Shown here piece after piece: positions 58,786 to 64,000 of a DNA stretch of 64,000 nt. The DNA comes from Lachnospiraceae bacterium (lineage in GTDB: Bacteria > Bacillota > Clostridia > Lachnospirales > Lachnospiraceae), in contig JAZLJS010000101.1 of NCBI GenBank assembly GCA_045617945.1, forward strand, positions 11,529-75,528. Direction: 5' to 3'. The position numbers were made by a program, and so were the translations under genes. Under the pieces are notes generated by a model that worked only from the letters and a program-made list of their open reading frames with translations, had not been told where the DNA came from and did not search any database. Within the stretch, counting starts at the first letter, position 1, and every line of letters starts with the position of its first letter.

Positions 58786-61274
58786 GACAGCGCTTTCTTG
58801 ACTTTCTCTATCAGTTGTGCAGGATTAATCGGCTTGGAAATGTAGTCGCTAAATCCCATATTTATATATTGTTCGACAGCACCGAGCATAGCATTTGCGG
58901 TTTGTACGATTACCGGAGTATCGATATTCATGCCATCTTGCTGTGCTCGAATTCTTTGCAGTGTTTCTTCACCATCCATTTCAGGCATCATATGATCCAT
59001 GAGGATTAAGTCATATTTGGTCTTGGCTGTGTATTCCAGTGCTTCGGCACCGCTTGTTGCAAGATCCAGATTGACTTCGGTCTTTTTCAAAAGTCCCTTC
59101 AGTACGCGCAAATTGACGGAAGTATCATCAACTGCAAGGATGTGAGCATTCGGAGCCTTGAAGACTTCGGGTTCTTCCTTCTTGATCTCGACTTTCTGCT
59201 CAACATATTCCAGATCATCGGTTGTTTCGCTGCCACACATTTTCTGTGTAATGTAAGCGGTAAAGGTGGAGCCTTCGCCATATGTGCTCTTAACATCAAT
59301 ATCGCCGTTCATTAATTCCGTCAGCATTTTGGACAGCGGAAGCCCTAGCCCTGTTCCTTGTACAGTGCGATTGACTTTCTCATTCAGACGACGGAAAGTT
59401 GTAAACAGATGCGGAATATCTTCGGGTTTGATGCCTTGACCGCTGTCTTCGACGGACATATACAGACAAATGTTATCGTCGGCAAGATCCTTCCAATCAA
59501 TCAAAACGTGAATGAAGCCCTTCTCCGTATATTTGATGGAATTGGAGATTAAGTTGTTCAGAATCTGGCGGACACGTGCCTCGTCACCGAACAGTTTGCA
59601 GGGAATCGGCTTGGCAAAGTTCACGGAAAAATCGAGATTCTTCTGATGTGCAGAATTCGAATTTATCATGAAACATTCACGAATGATGGAAACAAGATTA
59701 TACTCTGCTTCGTTCAAATCCAATTTGCCGGATTCGATCTTGGACAAATCAAGAATATTATTAATAATTGAAAGCAAAATATGGCCGGTAGTGTCGATAT
59801 CCTCGGCATATTTGAGGATGGCCGGCTCGGTACATTCTTTGAGAATAATGGAATTCATGCCCAACACGCCGTTTAGCGGTGTACGCATCTCATGGGACAT
59901 ATTGGTCAAAAAGACGCTCTTGGCTTCGCTGGCTGCTTTGCTGGCGGCGCTCTTCTTGGCTTCTTCAAGCATTTCGTAACGTAGGCAGTTTACGCAGTTT
60001 TCCTTGGTGTTGAATCCATTGTAAATGGCGTCAACCATTTGCGTACAGGAATCGTAGCCGCAACTGGAGCAATTGATTTTGCGCTCTGCACTTGTTTGCT
60101 TGCCCATGGATTCGAAGATGGCGTCGCGTTCTTCGTCAGTCGGCGTGGTATAGCCACAATGTGCGGACAAATCGGTATATATTCTGAGAAAGTCACTCAA
60201 CTCAAGATCGGCAAACTGCTCGTTCAGTTTCGCAAGGCGTTCTTCTTTGGAAAGTGACGGATCCCATGGATTGTCCTGATTGGATTGTTTGATTGCGTTG
60301 CGAATATGCATCTGTGAGAAGAGTACAAAGTCATGCTCGTTCTTCTCGGGATCACATCCGGTGCCGTAAATACAACCGTTGGAGCAGTTTAAGGCATCTA
60401 CCAGAATAAACGGAGCTATCTTGTTCTTGAGAATGGATTTGTTCTTCTCCAGATAATGGTACATGCGCTTCTCACCATCCATCTGGCGGACAAAAGCATC
60501 CTCGCCCAAGAACCAGCGAATGTTCTCGGTCAGACCGCCGGGCATAGGGTATACGCTTCCCAAACCGTACGGAACTTCATCGGTACAGGTAGATGGAATG
60601 CGGGGATGTGACTTTATGTATTGTATTAAATGTTTGAATGTGATGTTATAGCTGACGCGCCCTTCGTTAACGGGATCGTCAATTTCCATCTTCTTGGCAA
60701 TGCAAGGAGAGATGAATGCCAGAGAATCAGTGATGTTCATGTGTTTCTTGGCATAGATGGCAGCACACATCAACGGACTTTGAACGGGAATCAGGCAGTC
60801 AATCAATTCCGGAAGATGTCGTTCAACGTAGCTGACAACAGCCGGACAAGGTTGAGAGATTCCACCTTTAAAGTCATACTTCTGTATATAATTGATGTAT
60901 CCCCATGTGGCAATATCGGCACCAAACGATACGTTAATAAAGCGGTTTACACCGCAGGAACGCAAATAGCCGAGAAAGATGGGGTATTCGTTGGGATAGT
61001 TTGCTTTGAAGGCGGGTGCAATGAGAACCGAGATTTGTTTGCCGTTCTGCAAATCTTCGAAGAATCTCTCGGTATCGTCGCGGAATTCTCGAGCATGATG
61101 TTCACAAACATCCAGGCAGGCACCACAGCCGACGCAACGATTGGCGTCAACACGAATTTTGTGCACTCCGTTTTCTTCTACAGCAACACAAGCTCCGTTG
61201 GAGGAGCAAACACTGATACATCTGTTGCATCCGATACAATTGTCATTTGTGTAAATAAGTGAATTAGTAAGCAT
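58782..61274 (-). CDS. Hybrid histidine kinase/response regulator with N-terminal ferredoxin plus [FeFe]-hydrogenase-like (H-cluster-type) sensor domain
   Basis: 2x CxxCxxCxxxC (CIGCNRCISVC, CVGCGACLDVC). Hydrogenase-like motifs SQPCPAV, SPCIAKKME, NCSNGCIYG. CSSCGYDSCTQMVDAI Fe-S motif. H-box MSHEMRTPLNGVLGM. REC ILAVDD / LILMDHMMPEMDG. I chose the ATG at 61274; a TTG at 61292 is possible. Confidence 0.85.
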   Translation of the reverse strand: MLTNSLIYTNDNCIGCNRCISVCSSNGACVAVEENGVHKIRVDANRCVGCGACLDVCEHHAREFRDDTERFFEDLQNGKQISVLIAPAFKANYPNEYPIFLGYLRSCGVNRFINVSFGADIATWGYINYIQKYDFKGGISQPCPAVVSYVERHLPELIDCLIPVQSPLMCAAIYAKKHMNITDSLAFISPCIAKKMEIDDPVNEGRVSYNITFKHLIQYIKSHPRIPSTCTDEVPYGLGSVYPMPGGLTENIRWFLGEDAFVRQMDGEKRMYHYLEKNKSILKNKIAPFILVDALNCSNGCIYGTGCDPEKNEHDFVLFSQMHIRNAIKQSNQDNPWDPSLSKEERLAKLNEQFADLELSDFLRIYTDLSAHCGYTTPTDEERDAIFESMGKQTSAERKINCSSCGYDSCTQMVDAIYNGFNTKENCVNCLRYEMLEEAKKSAASKAASEAKSVFLTNMSHEMRTPLNGVLGMNSIILKECTEPAILKYAEDIDTTGHILLSIINNILDLSKIESGKLDLNEAEYNLVSIIRECFMINSNSAHQKNLDFSVNFAKPIPCKLFGDEARVRQILNNLISNSIKYTEKGFIHVLIDWKDLADDNICLYMSVEDSGQGIKPEDIPHLFTTFRRLNEKVNRTVQGTGLGLPLSKMLTELMNGDIDVKSTYGEGSTFTAYITQKMCGSETTDDLEYVEQKVEIKKEEPEVFKAPNAHILAVDDTSVNLRVLKGLLKKTEVNLDLATSGAEALEYTAKTKYDLILMDHMMPEMDGEETLQRIRAQQDGMNIDTPVIVQTANAMLGAVEQYINMGFSDYISKPINPAQLIEKVKKALS

Positions 61275-61394
61275 ACTATCAGAATACCACAATGAGGCAG
61301 GAATACAAGAAATATTCAGCGTGAAATTGAAATTTCGGTGTTGTAAATTTATAATAATCGTGTAAATCTTTTGCAGATATTAGGGAGACCGAAC

Positions 61395-61649
61395 GTGAAT
61401 AGAGGAATTAAACGGGTGGGGGTATTGGCAGTGAGTATTATATCGATGCTTTCATTTTTGAGCGGATGCGGTAAGGCCGGTAATAACGGTGAAACCGTAA
61501 CACTTACCGAAGGTGCGGAACTGGTTGGTTTGTATATGACGCATCAGGGGATGGCAATGGAACCGCATTACATTTTGCGAATAAATGGTCCCTTGGGGAC
61601 GGGGTTAGGGGGTCATTTTTCCTTGGAACGAGTTGATTTGAATAAGTAA
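61395..61649 (+). CDS. Short lipoprotein-like ORF, possibly truncated
   Basis: GTG at 61395 lies 7 nt after AGGGAG. Signal peptide with lipobox FLSGCGK. The last 20 or so codons run through direct-repeat copy 1. Confidence 0.45.
   Translation: MNRGIKRVGVLAVSIISMLSFLSGCGKAGNNGETVTLTEGAELVGLYMTHQGMAMEPHYILRINGPLGTGLGGHFSLERVDLNK
61586..61618. repeat. 33-bp direct repeat, copy 1 (upstream of the CAT-family gene)
   Basis: TGGTCCCTTGGGGACGGGGTTAGGGGGTCATTT. It matches 62303-62335 at 32 of 33 positions. Confidence 0.95.
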
Positions 61650-61659
61650 AGGAGTAGGT

Positions 61660-62298
61660 ATGCGGGAAATAGATTTGGAATCATGGGAGCGCAAGAGCTT
61701 ATATGAAGGTTATATGGGATTTGATCGCGGATGTTTTAACATTACCGTGAAGATTCCGGCGCAGGAAACATATGATTATTGCAAAAGTCATGGGATTTCG
61801 TTTTTTCTGGCATCTTTATACGGAATAGCGCGAACGGCGAATGAGGTTGAGAACTTCAAATATCGAGAACTTTCGGAGGGCCATGTGGCAATTATGGATC
61901 CTGTGAATATTGTGACTCCTATCGATATAGGAAATGATTTGTTTAAAGAGATGGAGATGCGCTACTATCCGGAATTCGGGCAATTTGTGGAGGAAGCGAA
62001 CAAGGTTATTGCGTCGGCTAAGGGCCGCACGGATGCTTCGATGGGAGATTGCGACGAATATTCAATGATTGTCAGTTGTGTACCATGGATTCATTTTGAA
62101 GCATTGACACTTCCGGATTATACTTTTCGGCAGAGCACGCCGATCATTACGTACGGTCGCCTGAAGGACGGTGAGATACCTGTTAATATTCGCGCGCATC
62201 ATGCATTCATAGATGGTAAGCATGTCAGCCATTTTGTGGATCTGCTTGGCAAAATATGGGGGGAATCCTGCGGAATATTTGAATTCTTGAACTCTTGA
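61660..62298 (+). CDS. CAT-family (CatA-like) O-acetyltransferase
   Basis: 212 aa, collinear with type-A chloramphenicol acetyltransferases: W-x-R near the N-terminus, PWIHF, and the catalytic region AHHAFIDGKHVSHF (compare HHAVCDGFHV). AAAGGAG RBS. Confidence 0.75.
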   Translation: MREIDLESWERKSLYEGYMGFDRGCFNITVKIPAQETYDYCKSHGISFFLASLYGIARTANEVENFKYRELSEGHVAIMDPVNIVTPIDIGNDLFKEMEMRYYPEFGQFVEEANKVIASAKGRTDASMGDCDEYSMIVSCVPWIHFEALTLPDYTFRQSTPIITYGRLKDGEIPVNIRAHHAFIDGKHVSHFVDLLGKIWGESCGIFEFLNS

Positions 62299-62302
62299 GG
62301 TG

Positions 62303-62335
62303 TGGTCTCTTGGGGACGGGGTTAGGGGGTCATTT
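62303..62335. repeat. 33-bp direct repeat, copy 2 (downstream of the CAT-family gene, carrying the SD of the GNAT gene)
   Basis: TGGTCTCTTGGGGACGGGGTTAGGGGGTCATTT ends immediately before the ATG at 62336. Confidence 0.95.
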
Positions 62336-63181
62336 ATGAAGAAAGAATATTTTACAATTTTCGATGCTTGTTTTCCGAACATGAAGATTTCCTATGAAAT
62401 CTTTTGCGAACTGCTGCATGCAGATGATTGTGTTTGTTTTGAAAGCAAGGTTGATAATGAAATTTGTGCATTTGCCATTGTTGAAGATTCAGCGATTCGT
62501 CTTTTGTGTGTAAGCCCTTCAAAACAAAGGCGGGGTATTGGAACTGCGTTGTTTGCCGACATAGAAAAATATGCCGAAAGCAAAGGCTTTGACGAATTGC
62601 TTACCGGTGGTGTGTCCTCTAAACTGTTTATTGGCGCGACATCCGAAAGCTGGGGATTTTTTGAAAAAATGGGATTTGTATCCGTTGGCGGATGTGATGA
62701 AATGCTTCTTTTGTTGGATGACTTTCATTTTGATCAGCTTACATTGCACGGTAGCGATGTTGCCGAATATGGATGGTTTCAAGGGGATATGAACGACATC
62801 AGGTCTGCTGTTGCGCAGGTAAATGAGAATTGGGTACAGTTTTATACACAGCCCGATAATATATATGTTGCAACGGTGAACGGTGAAATCGCCAGTTTCT
62901 GTTTGGTTGATACCAATTGTCGGAATTATTTGACAGACAAGTATGGGAAAGTCGGAATGCCGGGGTGTGTTGGCTCAGTTCCCAAGTTCAGGGATAAAGG
63001 AATTGCTCTTGAAATGATTGCCAGAGTGACGGATTATCTAAAAGATCAAGGGATGGATATTTCTTTCATTTTCTTTACCGGAGTGGCAAAATGGTACGAA
63101 AAAATCGGGTACCGTACGTTTCTTTCGGAATGTTTTGGAGTAAAACGGCTGGACATTAGTAATCGGAGAATAAACCAGTGA
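62336..63181 (+). CDS. GNAT family N-acetyltransferase (two-domain)
   Basis: Acetyl-CoA motif VSPSKQRRGIGTALF. I chose the ATG at 62336 after AGGGGG. The upstream 12 codons in the ORF track lie in the repeat. Confidence 0.75.
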   Translation: MKKEYFTIFDACFPNMKISYEIFCELLHADDCVCFESKVDNEICAFAIVEDSAIRLLCVSPSKQRRGIGTALFADIEKYAESKGFDELLTGGVSSKLFIGATSESWGFFEKMGFVSVGGCDEMLLLLDDFHFDQLTLHGSDVAEYGWFQGDMNDIRSAVAQVNENWVQFYTQPDNIYVATVNGEIASFCLVDTNCRNYLTDKYGKVGMPGCVGSVPKFRDKGIALEMIARVTDYLKDQGMDISFIFFTGVAKWYEKIGYRTFLSECFGVKRLDISNRRINQ

Positions 63182-63345
63182 AATATGCAATTATATCAGA
63201 TATACATGGGAATGTTTACGCTTTGAATGCCGTATTGGAGGATGCAGAAGAGTATGCGAATGAGATTGGCGATTCGCAAAGCCCCTATTCTGTAGAAACT
63301 TGGGAACAGGCCTTCTACAGCCGGAAAGGACCTTTGTGGAAATAA
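63178..63345 (+). pseudogene. Remnant of a metallophosphoesterase gene (55 codons)
   Basis: My translation: VKYAIISDIHGNVYALNAVLEDAEEY... It has the N-terminal DxHG motif of calcineurin-like phosphoesterases but stops after 55 codons. The GTG overlaps the GNAT stop. Confidence 0.5.
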
Positions 63346-63405
63346 TTGTTGAGGCAGTGACTTTTCGCCATATTAATTACGTTGTTTTGTGAAATGGAGA
63401 GAATT

Positions 63406-63834
63406 ATGTTTAGTTATGTTTGGCCGTTGGGGCTTGTGGTTTTATCAAATGTTTTTTACCAGATTTGTGCAAAGTCAGTTCCCGATAGAATGAATCCGTT
63501 CGCGTCATTGACGATAACATATGTAGTAGGTGCGCTTGCATCGTTTATTATGTATTTTGTCTTAAACAGGGGCGGAAACATTACTGAAGAGTATCGGAAG
63601 GCCAATTGGGCGCCGTTTGTCTTGGGACTTGTTATTGTTGGTTTGGAAGTGGGCTACATTTATGCATATAAGGCAGGGTGGCCGGTAAGCGTTGCCCAAA
63701 TTGTACAAGCGGCGGTTTTGGCGGTTATATTGATATTTGTTGGATATATGCTTTATAAAGAAGCGATCACATGGAACAAAATAGTTGGAATTATTGTTTG
63801 CCTGGCCGGATTAGGGTTGATTAACTTAAAATAG
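63406..63834 (+). CDS. Small EamA/DMT-type membrane protein (single 5-TM half)
   Basis: 142 aa from the ATG at 63406 (after GGAGAG). Hydrophobic helices ending IVGIIVCLAGLGLINLK, typical of EamA domains. Confidence 0.65.
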   Translation: MFSYVWPLGLVVLSNVFYQICAKSVPDRMNPFASLTITYVVGALASFIMYFVLNRGGNITEEYRKANWAPFVLGLVIVGLEVGYIYAYKAGWPVSVAQIVQAAVLAVILIFVGYMLYKEAITWNKIVGIIVCLAGLGLINLK

Positions 63835-64000
63835 TTTTGCAGAAAGCATGTATTTCATCAATCCTTGCGGCAACGTCTTCTTTGTGTTCAACGGAAACCA
63901 GACCCAATTTGCCGCATGATTCAATCTCCAGATGACCGTGAAAATGTTCAATGCTGCTAATGATTCGCTCACATTCAGGCATGCTTGGACCAGTTCTCAA
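63821..64000 (-). CDS. 3' end of an unidentified gene that continues beyond the window
   Basis: My reverse-strand translation is open for 59 codons to the window edge (...PECERIISSIEHFHGHLEIESCGKLGLVSVEHKEDVAARIDEIHAFCKTILS*). The stop lies at 63821-63823 and overlaps the + gene by 14 nt. Confidence 0.3.
   Translation of the reverse strand: MRTGPSMPECERIISSIEHFHGHLEIESCGKLGLVSVEHKEDVAARIDEIHAFCKTILS

Noticed and set aside
61586-61618. G-quadruplex in the 33-bp direct repeat (GGGG-AC-GGGG-TTA-GGGGG)
   Set aside because: Only three long G tracts are present, and the fourth would be a GG. The G run is more simply explained as the Shine-Dalgarno region of the GNAT gene.

Overview
This 64 kb window looks like chromosomal DNA from a low-to-mid-GC Firmicute. 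The gene content suggests a Lachnospiraceae-type plant-polysaccharide degrader, but that is an inference, not a database result. About 52 protein genes are supported, mostly on the + strand, plus six tRNAs: a lone tRNA-Arg(ACG) on the - strand and a Pro-Arg-His-Gln-Lys cluster on the + strand behind a consensus promoter. There is no rRNA, and I recognised no integrase, transposase, phage or cas gene.

Functional blocks in order:
- 1-8 kb: the tail of a very large orphan protein, followed by a multistep phosphorelay (atypical receiver, Hpt, REC-HD-GYP, hybrid kinase).
- 8-13.5 kb: an accessory-looking stretch with tRNA-Arg, three tandem-repeat blocks, an AT-rich CPBP protease gene, a six-copy 64-bp-periodic palindrome array, a Tet(M)/EF-G-like GTPase, and DtxR/MntR-type and AraC regulators.
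- 13.7-24 kb: carbohydrate genes (GH113/GH5-like hydrolase, GH94 cellobiose phosphorylase, LacI regulator, GH51 arabinofuranosidase) interrupted by a MacAB-like adaptor/ATPase/FtsX efflux operon.
- 24.5-30 kb: housekeeping genes (malic enzyme, B12/radical-SAM protein, THUMP methyltransferase, RdgB, YfcE-type phosphoesterase).
- 31-39 kb: NCS2 purine permease, then an AT-rich orphan pair (706-aa membrane-anchored protein plus a 10-TM protein), a ferredoxin, about 700 bp of repeat-dense non-coding DNA, and an SPFH / Arc-RHH / YhfC-protease trio.
- 39-46 kb: a c-di-GMP cluster with an embedded SpoIIAB/SpoIIAA-like partner-switching pair.
- 46-52.7 kb: a sugar ABC transporter with a YesM/YesN-type two-component system.
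- 52.7-58.8 kb: assorted envelope and lipid enzymes.
- 58.8-61.3 kb: a histidine kinase fused to an [FeFe]-hydrogenase-like domain.
- 61.4-64 kb: a CAT-family acetyltransferase bracketed by 33-bp direct repeats, a GNAT, a gene remnant and a small EamA-type protein.

The most striking sequence-level feature is how many short tandem duplications (11-72 bp units) sit in intergenic DNA, several starting exactly at stop codons.

The best candidates for something undescribed are:
- the orphan pair at 32.5-35.5 kb and its repeat-rich neighbour;
- the palindrome array upstream of the Tet(M)-like GTPase;
- the hydrogenase-like sensor kinase;
- the sigma-less partner-switching/c-di-GMP cluster;
- the repeat-bracketed CAT cassette.

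All functional calls rest on motifs I read in the translations. No searches were run.
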